This document shows, one piece after another, positions 1 to 11,536 of a stretch of 64,000 nt of DNA (within the stretch, counting starts at the first letter, position 1; each line of letters begins with the position of its first letter). Made by a program: the position numbers and the translations under genes. Source of the DNA: Rhizodiscina lignyota (taxonomy: Eukaryota); contig ML978122.1 in assembly GCA_010015805.1 (NCBI GenBank), positions 248,001 to 312,000 on the forward strand. The letters are read 5' to 3'. Below the pieces are notes generated by a model. It did no database searches and was not told where the DNA came from. It saw only the letters and a list, made by a program, of their open reading frames with translations.

Positions 1-1364
1 AGCTCTGTCGTATTAAGGTCGTGACATTGAAGTTCAACGATATCAGGCCAATCGCGGCTTTTTGGGGTAGGCGGAGGGGAGTCCAGGGCGGTGCTAGAAT
101 TAGTATAGCGGACAACTGCACGGATTTCAGGAGAAAGTTCCTTGTTGCCTTGTTTAAAACACCCTGTTACCATCCGTGCCCTGAGCCAGTAAGATTCTTG
201 ATCCGTGTGGTTGGTGGAGATGACAATGCTGTAGCGCTGCGCAGGCAGGATGAGCAGACGGTGATAGAATTTTGGGATAAGATCTGTGCCATCCGCTTCC
301 GTCACAGCAAACTCGTGCTCGTCTAGTTGGACTTGAAACTCTGCAAAAGCACCAGTGTTGATGAATCGTAACCGATGACTCTGACCAGCTTCGAGGTCTA
401 GACGTGGCATCTCTACTCCAGCGGTGGAATTGTCACATTTTCGGTTCGGCAGATCATCGCAATTCCTTATGCCTTGACCGTTAATCAGAGCCGACCCTGG
501 GATAGGCTCTTTATTCTCACGATCGGGCTGGAGATATTGGTACAAGAGATCACCGGATAGATCGTAGTAATGATCGCTGACCATTACGATACGGTCGGTG
601 GCATATTGGATCTTCTGTAATTTCCGCTCGTCTTTCGAATGGACGACGAGAGGGCCATAAACGCCGTCGGATGACTGTGCAGCATGATGTGCGTGATACC
701 AATATGTCCCGGATTGGCCGTCAACTTTGAACTTGTACGTAAACTGGGTCCCGGGTGCGATGGGACACTGTGTAACACCGACGGTGCCATCCATGAAGTT
801 GCTGCCATTCTGGTACATTCCATGCCAATGAATTGAAGTTGAATTGACTGCTTGATTGTCGATATGCACGACAATGGTGTCGCCTTCGTTTACTTCGACC
901 AACGGACCTGGAAACTGCTCGTTGATGATGATCATGGGCCGATAGACACCATCCGGGTTCCTCTCTTGGTCCCTAATTGTCCAAGAATATTCTCTCGTCT
1001 GCGATGGGGCATCGAAGTCCCAGTTCATATCGAGAAGGTAGCCATCGTTTGACGTGTCGCTCTCAGATGCAGTCGGAGTTGCCAGCTTTGTAGCATGACG
1101 AGAAAATGCGGAATATGCTGCGGCGAAGGACAGTACTGAGAATATGACCAGCAGAGCCAAAGATACGACAAACTTAAGGGAGAACCAGGAATCTTTGTAT
1201 CGCGAGAACGAATCGTCGAGGAGAAGCTGCTTTGGTGTGGACTTCAGCGGACTGGCATCGCGGGAAGCCGCCACGACGGTCTCCTCGTCGCCATCATCGC
1301 TGCTGTTCAACAGATGCTGTGCAGCTTCCACGTCTTCGGCCTCGTTCCTCGCATTTTCGTGCAT
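1..1364 (-). CDS. Multicopper oxidase (laccase/ferroxidase-like, AA1), 5' part; runs off the window's left edge
   Basis: Manual minus-strand translation from ATG 1364 is open to the edge, so it is absent from the ORF track: MHENARNE...FVVSLALLVIFSVLSFAAAY (TM)...INEQFPGPLVEVNEGD...SIHWHG...DGTVGVTQCPI...GTYWYHAH...HRLRFINTG. These include the L1/L2 copper-binding motifs. Confidence 0.93.
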   Translation of the reverse strand, partial: MHENARNEAEDVEAAQHLLNSSDDGDEETVVAASRDASPLKSTPKQLLLDDSFSRYKDSWFSLKFVVSLALLVIFSVLSFAAAYSAFSRHATKLATPTASESDTSNDGYLLDMNWDFDAPSQTREYSWTIRDQERNPDGVYRPMIIINEQFPGPLVEVNEGDTIVVHIDNQAVNSTSIHWHGMYQNGSNFMDGTVGVTQCPIAPGTQFTYKFKVDGQSGTYWYHAHHAAQSSDGVYGPLVVHSKDERKLQKIQYATDRIVMVSDHYYDLSGDLLYQYLQPDRENKEPIPGSALINGQGIRNCDDLPNRKCDNSTAGVEMPRLDLEAGQSHRLRFINTGAFAEFQVQLDEHEFAVTEADGTDLIPKFYHRLLILPAQRYSIVISTNHTDQESYWLRARMVTGCFKQGNKELSPEIRAVVRYTNSSTALDSPPPTPKSRDWPDIVELQCHDLNTTE

Positions 1365-2474
1365 TTCGCAGCGAACGAAGCGGGTGTCAAGTCATCCGAA
1401 GGGAGGAGACGTTGTCAGTGTAAAGTTTGGACGAGTTTTAGCTCTCAGCCGTATCCGATCTAGATCTGGTATGCAGAGGCCCCAGCTCAGACGGAAACTA
1501 CTGCGTAATGTGTCCCCCGCGGGTACAGGCCACCGTTCGACAAATGGCCGTTTATCTAATTCACATTACACACGACATTTCCTGAGCAGGGTTTGGTCCG
1601 CGTTTTCCGGCACGTCATGGCGTTGGTGCACCTTTGCAGTGCGAGGCAGGCCAGTGGGTGGGTCTGAGGCTGAAAGGGCAAAACCTCTCTACCAAGCGTT
1701 CGCCTGATTAGAGTTCCGCTTGTCAGACCTTAACGAGACGTACACTTCCTCCTTTAGGTTTAAGCTCGACTCGAGAACAGGCGGAAATGACAAATATACT
1801 ACAACGTCATACTGTAAAGGCGGACTGTGTATTGATTCCAATGCACAGCAGGGGCCGGCGAGCGTGGGATTGGCGGCGATGCGCGTAAAGTACAGCGCTC
1901 GGGCGCCGTGTACCTGCGCCGCTCTCCTACAGCACGCGCCAATTAAATAGGCCCTCGTCGCCCATGTGCTCTCCAGCCTCCTCAACTTCTGCTCGCCGAC
2001 CGGAATACCACCAGACTGACCTTCCACAACGGTAAGTAGCGTTCGCGCTGGACTGCAGCAATAGGCATGTCTCTCGTGTGCGGCCAACACTTTTTCGCCG
2101 CATCACAGCACCCACGAGTCGTATACAATCGGTCGCGCCGGTAAGATAGAGCACATCAGGACATTGCCCGCCAATGCTCGCAGCCTCTCGCCGTCGACTG
2201 TTGGTCCAACGTGGACAGAGTAGTAAGGCATCGAAGCTCGCTAGCTTCTCGAAGCTTTCGTCCAGGCTATGAGCGGCGTGCAGATTCGCGCGGGACTAGA
2301 GAGAGCTTGTGTGGATTTCCGGGTGCTTGTCAGGCCTCGCTTCCCTCCCACGTCTGCGGCGCTCCAAGCTCTTTGAAGCTTTAAAGAAGCTGTTACCCGG
2401 CTCTTGGTAAGACTTCTCTGCAACCGCTCGTTTCTCGGAGTCCAAGTCAATTTGTTCAAGAGGCTCCGCTCAAG

Positions 2475-4025
2475 ATGGTGTCCTTCAAGTTCACGCTCGC
2501 TGCTGCGGCCCTTTCTTTGGCTGTTAATGCTCAGAACACTGCCACCAGCACCGCTGATGTTGCTGCTGCTGCCGCTACCGCCAAGACCGACCACTCCACC
2601 AGCCGTGTTTGCGGAAAGGCCTTCGACCGCATTGCTATCATCTGGCTTGAGAATACTGACTATGACAAGGCAATTGGCGATCGTGAGTTCCTCCTCATTC
2701 ACTCTGAAGATGTTGCGTTAGATTCCTGCACATCAATTTCACAATGGTTGAGAATCAGTCACTAACCTCATCATAGCCAACCTTGCATGGCTTGCAAAGA
2801 AGGGCATTACTTTGACCCAGTACCATGCCACCACCCATCCTTCTGAGCCGAACTATGCTGCATCCATTTCTGGGGTACGTTGTGGTGCAATTTGGTCCCG
2901 GGGATTTTACTGACTTGATATGACCAGGACTATCTTGGCATGGACAACGATGATTTCAACTTCATTGACAAGAATGTCTCGACTGTCATCGATCTCCTTG
3001 AGTCCAAGGGTATCTCGTGGGGCGAGTACCAGGAGGACATGCCATACTCTGGTTTCGAGGGTTTCGCCTGGGTTAACCAGAAGACTGGTGCCAACGACTA
3101 CGTCCGCAAGCACAACCCTGCTAGTAAGCATCAGCAACCGATATGATTTACAAGTGCTAACAGCGTACCAAGTCCTCTACAACGCCAATGTCAACCCCCA
3201 CCGCCTGCCCAAGATCAAGAATCTGACGATGTTCTACGAAGATCTCAAGCATGAACGTCTTCCTCAGTGGATGTTCATTACCCCCAACATGACTTCCGAC
3301 GGCCACGACACATCAGTTACCGTGGCTGGAAAGTGGACTCGTGACTTCGTCGAGCCTCTGCTCAACGACCGCCGCTTCATGCAGAACACCCTTGTCCTCA
3401 TCACCTTTGATGAGAACGAGACCTACACCATCCGCAACAACGTCCTCGCCATCTTGCTCGGTGACGCTGTCCCCAAGCACCTTGTTGGTACGACTGACGA
3501 CACCTACTATTCCCACTACAGCGAGATTGCCACCGTCGAGGCTAACTGGGGCCTCCCGACCCTCGGCCGATGGGACGTCGGTGCCAACGTCTTCAAGGTC
3601 GTTGCTGAAAAGACTGGCGACAAGCTCAGGAAGTGGACTGGCTTCCCAAGCTTCAGCAAGGTGTTCTTCAACCAGAGCTATGCTGGCCCGTTCAACGATG
3701 AGAGGAGAGTCGGCTACCCCGTGCCAAACATCCACGCCAAGCACGCTGGGAGGTTCGTCGCACCTTGGATCCAGCGTACCTACAGGGGAATCAAGGGAAC
3801 TTACTATACTACGGGTGTGGAGACCCGTGACGGCTTGAAGTATTCACTCCCTTTCCTTTCTAAAATCATTCTTCCCTTCCGCGACTGAATTTCCTTCCCC
3901 GGGGGCCGTTCAGCCTCCCCGAGACTCCGTCCACCATTCACCTACCCTCTTCTTAATAACGAATAACATGCTGACAATTTCTTTCTAGCCCCCCTAAGGG
4001 ATGGTCCGCTCCTCCCTCTCCGTAA
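2475..4025 (+). CDS. Secreted phosphoesterase-family acid phosphatase, 5 exons
   Basis: Signal peptide MVSFKFTLAAAALSLAVNA; motifs IWLENTDY, THPSEPNY, YVRKHNP, NMTSDGHDT, ITFDENE, YSHYS. Introns about 2683-2776, 2875-2927, 3124-3172 and 3840-3988. The last exon NPPKGWSAPPSP ends at TAA 4025. Confidence 0.9.
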
Positions 4026-5085
4026 ACGACTGGTTGTGTGAGAGGGTCCTCTGGGGTAATGTGTAGTGTGTATCTGTAGTTAGACGAGACAAATGCAACG
4101 CTGTACCCAGCATTCATCAATCACAAATTGTGCTCTGTAATATTATGAAGTGCTACAAATAAAGATATCTTGACACTGTGCGCAGTAAGTTAGATGCGGA
4201 TAAGATTTATGGATTCCGCATATGGGCGGAAAGTAGTCCTGCACCTCCATGGGAGGAGGAACAAAGCTTGCTTTATACCTCTCAAATTCTACGAACCACA
4301 GACGTCTATTTAAGCTCCTTGGAAGCCCTTATGATCCACACTGCAGGAATTTTTAAAGAACCTAGCTGACGTGCCTACGTTGTTGATACCGAATCTAGAT
4401 ACCGAATCTGGAAAATGCTCTTTGGGACGATGTTGTCAATGTTGCCAATGAACAGCAGGGATACGAGAATCGGTTCGCGCAAAGAGCAAGTCTGCTTACA
4501 GGCACCGGAATGCTGTCCTGAAGCGCATGTAGTAGCTTTCACTCATAAATATCCTTCACTTCGCATTCTCGATACAAGCCGAAACTGTCAATGCACATAG
4601 TACAGTACTCTCCACAGCGTTGCTCCGCTTCGGCAAAGCTAAATTAAACTGCATAAATGTGTATTGTGGCAAATTGGGGTAAGTAGGTCTCTATTATACC
4701 CTCGTCGCACTGCGATTAAGTGCGTGTGGGAGACGATCAAACTCCTGCTGCCATCGACTTGATAGATCCGGGCAGGTTTAAATCTGAGCGGAGTTCACGC
4801 AACGGAGCCGCACCTGACTCTTTACATCTCTGCTGGACAGTACAAGTACATGTCAGTGAACACTGAGCGCGATAACACGACAATATAGAGCATATATTGA
4901 TGACTTGCTCAATCTGGAGTAGACAAGAGCGTAAAGCTTGATGCCATACATCGAGTCGAATCGTGAGCCTTTTGCGACAGCATAGTGACGGAAACCACGA
5001 AAGCCAAAATTCCACCATGATTTTCTTTAACGCGCTCAACCATCTTGCCAACCGCCTTCGCTAAAAAACAAAAAAAAAGTGTGTA

Positions 5086-6467
5086 TTATTTTCTGAGCTT
5101 CAGAAACGGTCGCTGTAAAGGCGTATCCTTGGAGTTAGATAAAATCATTAAGAAAAGTATGATGCTTCCGCCAACAAGTAGAGTCCGGTGTGACTGCCAC
5201 CAGCTCGACCTTTCTTCTTGGCTCGATTCTGGCTGCTTTCCACGCATTCGGCTCTCATGACGAACCCTGCGAACGTTCCGTGATGTTCGTATGTTTGCCC
5301 GGTCCGCATAGATGTTCACTTGTCGTGCTACCAAGACTCGCGCTTGATCTGTGGAAAGCCCAACACCACTCGCTGGGGCATTCCTTGCTGGTGGTATCGA
5401 CTGTTCGCCTCGAGTTGTCGTTTGGCCCTGTTCATGAGGCCAGACGTCTGCTTCCGCACCGAGTTCGCCACCAAACAGAATAGAAGAGGGAGCATGTCCA
5501 CCAGAAGGTTCATCCGCAGCCCGTCCACCTATTGCCGCAGCAGTATTTGGAGGACTGAGTACTGACTCTGATCCTTGCGGTTGCCGTGAGTGCTTTGGCT
5601 CCTCTACAATCCCAGCAGATCTTTCTCTTCTTTCCCGGCCTTGTCGCTTGCTTTCACGGAATTGATGCCTGTCCGTGTAGTAGAGATAGTAATCTCGAAC
5701 CAACTTATCCTCCGCCGATTTCAAGCTCTCGAATGCGGCATGACTGTCGGATTCGGCACCCTGGTCCAAAGGGAGTTCCACGTTCAGGCCGTTCAGGTCT
5801 AATCTGGGAACGTGCGCTGGTAACCAATCGTCGAGCTTCGACTTTGGAACGAGGCTTTGCAGAAGTAGAGCTGCCCACATTTCCAGGACATTCAGCACTA
5901 GCTCAGGATATTCCACCTTCTTCTCCAGTTTGCCGAGCACAACAAAGGAATCGGCTGTGCTGCTGTTCACGGCCCAGTAGTGGAGTGAAGGATTGTCGCG
6001 CCGGTATCGAAAGTCGAGATGCTGGCGAATACGCCATGAAAGGTTGTAAGCTTGGCCAATGTAGTACCTAGCAATACTGTCCTTAGAATTTACGATGTGA
6101 AGATAGATAGCACGGCCACGGTAGGAGGTATCACTGGGGATAGACTTTGAACTAGACTCGTCAGACTTAGAATGATGATGGTGCATTGAAAGTCAATGAA
6201 AGCTGGTATAGTAGTAAAGCTGATCATTCCGATTTGATGGGTACTGAAATATAGTGCTCACTCGACAAAAGAGTCCAGCCTCCCCTCATCGACGAGAGCA
6301 AGAAACTGCGGATGCATACAGCTGACCAAGACCTCCTCCACCTCATTTGAAGCCGTCGAAGTAACGAGGTCTTTGTATCGGCCGTGATGTCGATTAGTCG
6401 GATCGCGAAGTTGGTCCAGGAGATGCTGGAGGACCAGTTTGGAGGTGGCGATGTCGGTTTGCATCAT
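5086..6467 (-). CDS. GIY-YIG nuclease-like protein with C-terminal hydrophobic segment, 2 exons
   Basis: Exon 1 (MMQTDIATSK...) joins in frame through intron 6261-6152 (GTGAGC...CTGAC...TAG) to the 366-aa ORF. It contains AIY-x12-YIGQA-x-NLSWRIRQH, later LNVLE and GLNV, and the C-terminal LLVGGSIILFLMIL. Confidence 0.6.
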
Positions 6468-7427
6468 TGCCACCAACACACTGATGAAAAATGAATATGA
6501 AGCTGATCATAAAAGTAGTGACATGAAGAAGCTATAAAGGAATCGCCTCCGCTAGGCACGAAACCTACTCAGAACCATTGCTGTGTAACATTGAGACTCT
6601 GACTGGCCAGGCAGCACTTCAGGGGTACCAGTCTTCAGCAAATCATCTACGTTGCCTGAACGTGTATTGCTAACAGTGTTCCATTTTGGAAGAGAGCCTC
6701 TCAGCTAGGCGACCTTATGGAAGAAAAGTCGTAGAGTCCTTGGAATGTCGAGACCGCGCATTGCATACCGTGGGTTGTTCACTCAGGCTGCCAGATTCGC
6801 CACCGTGTCTCCTGTCATGTTCAACCGCGTAGCTGCAAGGCAGTTCAATCACGAAAGGACGCTTTGCAAAACCTCTGATGCAGAGACTGGAAAATCGTGG
6901 ATTCGCACATAATATGGTCTGTATCGAGATTCCGACCGAGTTCTCGTCGCGAGACTTGTACACGCTGCCTCAACGCTGTCGTCACGTGTCGTGGCCACTG
7001 ATTCTAAGCGCAAAGACTGCAGGTATAGCAGCAACGCGTGGTCGATTAAGCTTGATATTGAAACAAGTTCCTTTAACTTGATCCTGACATCGTGAAATTG
7101 GCTATGACGAAATCTTTGAAATGAGGGTTGATCAAGAAACTGATCCACGCCAGGCATTCCAGGCCTACGACCCGGCTGGCTTGATTGGCCCGCGTATTTA
7201 CCCACGATTTCATGCATGTGATGCAACTCGACTTCATCTAGGAAAAGGGAAGAAAATCCTTCCAGAACCTTGCTCTACTTCCTTCACGCGTGCGAAGAAG
7301 GACACGCGATCGTTGCTGCGTTGTCTGAGCCATCCCATACACGGCCTACAAGCCATGCGACCTGCTCAGAGGCGCCTGGAGCACACCACGTCCATGACCT
7401 AACCATTCGGCGGCCCAACATCCCGAG

Positions 7428-10400
7428 ATGTCACCATCGCCGGGAGATGGGCGTAATTCGGTATCTTCACGTCCGTCAGAGACCTCTTCGAATACTGTCA
7501 GGTCATCATTAGAGTCAGGGGAAGGGAGCTCTCGCGGCGCGCAGACACGTAGCCACCTCCGTACACCTTCGGGCGACGAGCCATCGATACAACCGAGCGA
7601 GCGACAGCGGTCTGGTCAGCATCTTGGAGATGACTTAGTGCACGAGCAGGACTTTGGGAGCCGGCGACGACGGCCGCGTAGGTCTGGCGGGTTTCTACTC
7701 GAATCGGCCTTCCCTGCGGACGACGAGCGACAGCACAGTAGTCCGGCGCACTCGACACCACAGCAGAGCAGCAGGGGAAAGGGAAAGGCAAAACATAGTG
7801 GAACTTCTAATGGCTCATTGAGACGGCCGCGAGGAGCAGCTGGAAGGCCTAGTTCACGGGACGCTTTTCTTTCCGAAGGAGAAGATGGCATCACAACTGC
7901 GCATAATGGATACACTGGCGGAGAGCCTAGAATATCCGTGGAGAGCTCAGGAAGCTCTACTGGACGCAATGGGAACATCGACGGAAGTCCTGCTACTGCT
8001 GGCAGTGACCAATGGCACCAGCCGACAGTGTCGAATTCTGCGGTAGACCCCACACAAATTGTTCAGATGGCTCTGAGTCTCAGTGAAGGTCGGCGCAGAC
8101 ATGCCAGCGGTGGAATGCTCGCACCGCCTTCCACAGCAGCTGGTAGACGTGTCACTTCTGCTGGGGTACCTGCTTCTGCTCCGATGCTGCAAGGAAATTA
8201 TACTCCAGGCGCGGGCGGGAGCTTGAAGAAATACCTGAACGAACAGCGGAGAATATCTCGAAATATATCTCCCAGCCAAGGAAGGAGCACGCCGCCATCA
8301 AGACATGTTTCCAGTGTGTATGGAACGCTTGGTTCGTTTGACGCTGGCCTGGGTGCAGCAAGAATCCCCGTCTCAGACGCCACGCTGGCAAGAGCCGAGA
8401 AGGCACGCTCGTACATTGAAAACCGATCTCAATACATGCGGCTTCTAGACCACCTGCCACCGCTCAAGCCTGATTCTACTGCTCCAGGAAACACTCTTTA
8501 TCAGACAGTGAGCGGCGCAGGAGGAGCTGTTGATTTTAAGCGAAGTCCATCATATGCTGGTAAGAAGCATGCACTTGGGAGGCAGTTCAATCCACTACAG
8601 GTCATTCGAAACCGCAAGTTACGGGCTCGTATCCGCAAACCATGTGATCCGGACGTTGATTGTTGGGACGATATAGATTCAATTTCGGACTGGGTAGACA
8701 CCGTTGAAGAGAGCGCTCAGCACCCTGGATATCGCGAGCATGATCGTGTACATCTTCCGAGATATGGGGACGATCAATTAGACATCCATGGCGAGAAGCG
8801 AATTCTGAGTGGTCACACCCGAACGGATAGCACCAATGTTAAGTCAAAACGTCACCGATCAGACTGGTATACTCCTCCTGCAGAGCTTCTGGCAGATGCC
8901 TATTGGGTGGAGCAAGAGGAAAATAAGGGTCTTATTGAGGACGGACATGGCAACATCGTTTTCCCTGCGATGCACTCTGCCGATACGCAGCCAAGAAGTA
9001 GTAAAGAGCATCGTAGGAGCACAGAACAACCACGAAAATGGCCTACAGTGTCGACTGAGACCGTATCATCTCCGCAGAGCATCAAGGCGATGGAACTCGA
9101 AAGCCCGGTCGGAAGTCATAGGGGACGACGGCACAGGGACGACAGTCCAAACCGGCTGAAGCAGTTGTGGCACAAACGACGGCAACGATCCCCAAGCTCT
9201 TCTGGCCTGGAGCAGACCGACGATGAGATAACTGAGCGAAAATCGAAATTCAAGAGAAGGGTCCTCTCCGGCGAAGAGAACACTGGACCACTAGAAAGGC
9301 ACATGAACAGTATGATGGAAAAGCACGGCCGAGCAACTGGGCCTTCGCCTGATTTGGTCTCCCCGGGGACTCCAGAGAAGTGGGGCAAAGGACAAATACC
9401 TACTCAGCTAGATAAGAAAGCGTCACCTTTGAACCACACCGATGTGAATGAGGAGCCAGTTATTCCAGCGGTATCAGCTACGGACAGTCGACTCCCAAGA
9501 CTAATGCAGCGGAAGCTGTACCCAAGCTTGGACACGAGTTACGAACCGCGCTCGTCGATGGAAGATGTTGACTCCAGTACTCCAAACTCCCCAGTTGCAC
9601 CATCACGACTTGCTCCAAGTCTTGCGATCAATGGCTCGCCTTCCCACAGCCGTGCCTCTTCGATCAATCGGATTTCGAAGAAAGCGAAGCTCCCTTTCTT
9701 TCATTCGAATGCAAGTAAAGATAGCCGCAAGCTCGCTGCCCGAGACCCCCATGCAGATGACAGCGATAACAAGAGCTCACGACAGCCAAGCGCAGAGACA
9801 GATGTCCAAACACGCTCAAGCTTGGAGGTGAAGCACGCTCCTAATGCGAAGCATTTGTTCTCCCACAAGACAAGTGATAGCCTTGGAAGTCTAGCTGACC
9901 GACCTCCAAGTCGTGACAACAGAGATGAGAAAGATGCAGGCTCTGCGATGACACGCTTCTTCAAAGGTGGACGCATTGGCGACCTGGTACGAAGCGAAAG
10001 AGGCCGGCAGGCTGAAATTGTTATCAAGAAACATCCTCCGCCAGAAGAGCAGCCAGACTCATCGAGGTCGTCAACAATCGCGTCAGAACCCGAGAGTGCT
10101 GGGGAGGATCCTCTTGCCCGTGAAAGAAGCAAGCAGTCTAGCAACCTTAGCAAGTCTATTAGCAACCAATCTTGGGCTAGCCGCGCACTGGACCGAGCAA
10201 GATCGGAGAAGCCGAAATATAACTTTGACAATCTCCCAACCTTCAAGCCTACTCATCATTCTCAGCAATCATTCCATTCATCATCCGACAAATCCAAGAA
10301 CTCTCGCTTCAACCTTTTGCATCCACTCAGGACAGACATGAGCGATCTTTCACGCCAAACTACCCGAAATACCAGCACTGCTCCCGAGACCTATGACTCC

Positions 10401-11336
10401 GACCGTCGCAGCTCCTACGGCTTCCCGTATGCCACCACAAACGACTCGTCTTCCCTCTCCCGCCAAACAACAAACCGTCTCACTGCAATCCTCGACGTCC
10501 CTGGCTCAGTAGGCCGCGGTGGCCTCCCTGTGTCCTCACTCAGGGGCGCACCCGCAAATTACGGGCTTGACGTTCGTCACTCCAGCTTGAGTCCTGCGCG
10601 CCGCCCAACCCTCGATGGCAAACGACACTGGAGCATAAGCGATCCAAATATCGCGCGTGCTCGCAGTCGCTCAAAACCCCGCTCTTCGTCTGCCACCGCT
10701 GCTGCAAAGAAGCCCATGTCCTCAACAGTCGTCAGTAAAGTTGACATAGAGCGCATCAGAGCGCTGCTCGTCTGCACGGGTATCAAAGCCGAGACCATCA
10801 CCCGCCGTTCACAAGAGTGTCGCCCGCCTGAAGATGTGTATCCATTCCTTAAAGCTGCGGCAGAGAGCACAGGCAAGCAGCTCATCCCCGTCCCACGGAA
10901 AGAGGAGCACGTCCTTGCGGCTCGAATGCTCGCAGAGGACTTTGAGCGATCGGTCGACAACATCAAGCATGCTACTGAGGAGTTTACGTCCACTCAGGCA
11001 TCCAAATTGGCATCAAGGATTGATGAATTGAGACGTATTGCGAGCGATGAGATGATGGAGCGGAGTCGCAAACTCGCCGATGAGGCGGAGGGGATTGCGA
11101 TAGATGTCACGACGAAGGGGACACGAGAGGTTCAAGCCGTTAATGAGGCTGTGCAAGCCCTCGTCAGGGCGAGGAGGAGGCGTATGAGATTGGTGAGGAG
11201 AGTGGGCTGGGGGGTCGTGGAATGGATGCTACTTGCGGTGATGTGGTGGGTCTGGCTAATCGTTGTTATCGTAAGGACGGTGCTTAGGGTGATTGGATGG
11301 GGAGTGAGTGCCGTGCGGTGGTTGTTCTTCTTGTGA
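7428..11336 (+). CDS. Mtc4-like (maintenance of telomere capping 4) protein, 1302 aa, intronless
   Basis: Long S/R-rich ORF with FNPLQVIRNRKLR, WYTPPAELLADAYW and a C-terminal RRRRMRLVRRVGWGVVEWMLLAVMWWVWLIVV membrane segment. Family recognised from memory. Confidence 0.6.
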   Translation: MSPSPGDGRNSVSSRPSETSSNTVRSSLESGEGSSRGAQTRSHLRTPSGDEPSIQPSERQRSGQHLGDDLVHEQDFGSRRRRPRRSGGFLLESAFPADDERQHSSPAHSTPQQSSRGKGKAKHSGTSNGSLRRPRGAAGRPSSRDAFLSEGEDGITTAHNGYTGGEPRISVESSGSSTGRNGNIDGSPATAGSDQWHQPTVSNSAVDPTQIVQMALSLSEGRRRHASGGMLAPPSTAAGRRVTSAGVPASAPMLQGNYTPGAGGSLKKYLNEQRRISRNISPSQGRSTPPSRHVSSVYGTLGSFDAGLGAARIPVSDATLARAEKARSYIENRSQYMRLLDHLPPLKPDSTAPGNTLYQTVSGAGGAVDFKRSPSYAGKKHALGRQFNPLQVIRNRKLRARIRKPCDPDVDCWDDIDSISDWVDTVEESAQHPGYREHDRVHLPRYGDDQLDIHGEKRILSGHTRTDSTNVKSKRHRSDWYTPPAELLADAYWVEQEENKGLIEDGHGNIVFPAMHSADTQPRSSKEHRRSTEQPRKWPTVSTETVSSPQSIKAMELESPVGSHRGRRHRDDSPNRLKQLWHKRRQRSPSSSGLEQTDDEITERKSKFKRRVLSGEENTGPLERHMNSMMEKHGRATGPSPDLVSPGTPEKWGKGQIPTQLDKKASPLNHTDVNEEPVIPAVSATDSRLPRLMQRKLYPSLDTSYEPRSSMEDVDSSTPNSPVAPSRLAPSLAINGSPSHSRASSINRISKKAKLPFFHSNASKDSRKLAARDPHADDSDNKSSRQPSAETDVQTRSSLEVKHAPNAKHLFSHKTSDSLGSLADRPPSRDNRDEKDAGSAMTRFFKGGRIGDLVRSERGRQAEIVIKKHPPPEEQPDSSRSSTIASEPESAGEDPLARERSKQSSNLSKSISNQSWASRALDRARSEKPKYNFDNLPTFKPTHHSQQSFHSSSDKSKNSRFNLLHPLRTDMSDLSRQTTRNTSTAPETYDSDRRSSYGFPYATTNDSSSLSRQTTNRLTAILDVPGSVGRGGLPVSSLRGAPANYGLDVRHSSLSPARRPTLDGKRHWSISDPNIARARSRSKPRSSSATAAAKKPMSSTVVSKVDIERIRALLVCTGIKAETITRRSQECRPPEDVYPFLKAAAESTGKQLIPVPRKEEHVLAARMLAEDFERSVDNIKHATEEFTSTQASKLASRIDELRRIASDEMMERSRKLADEAEGIAIDVTTKGTREVQAVNEAVQALVRARRRRMRLVRRVGWGVVEWMLLAVMWWVWLIVVIVRTVLRVIGWGVSAVRWLFFL

Positions 11337-11536
11337 TGCTACTTCAATTTGGACTCTCATGCATTTCGAGCGCGGCGTTGGATGGATCTAAAAGACTGAC
11401 CACAAGCATACATGAGAGCGATCTCTCGGCACTGGCATTAAGCATCTTCTCCTTTGTATGAAATATCCGTTTCCATTTTTGCCCCTAGTGGCCCTCACGA
11501 CGCCTTTTTCTTCTTAATGTAAATTGAGAATACCAG

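Noticed and set aside
2203..2215. AACGTG (low-affinity Pho4-like site) in a small palindrome upstream of the acid phosphatase
   Set aside because: A single 6-mer, no CACGTG seen in the promoter; not distinguishable from chance.
4380..4600. 13-bp tandem duplication (GATACCGAATCT) and minus-strand splice-like signals
   Set aside because: Only two copies and no meaningful ORF; may be UTR sequence.
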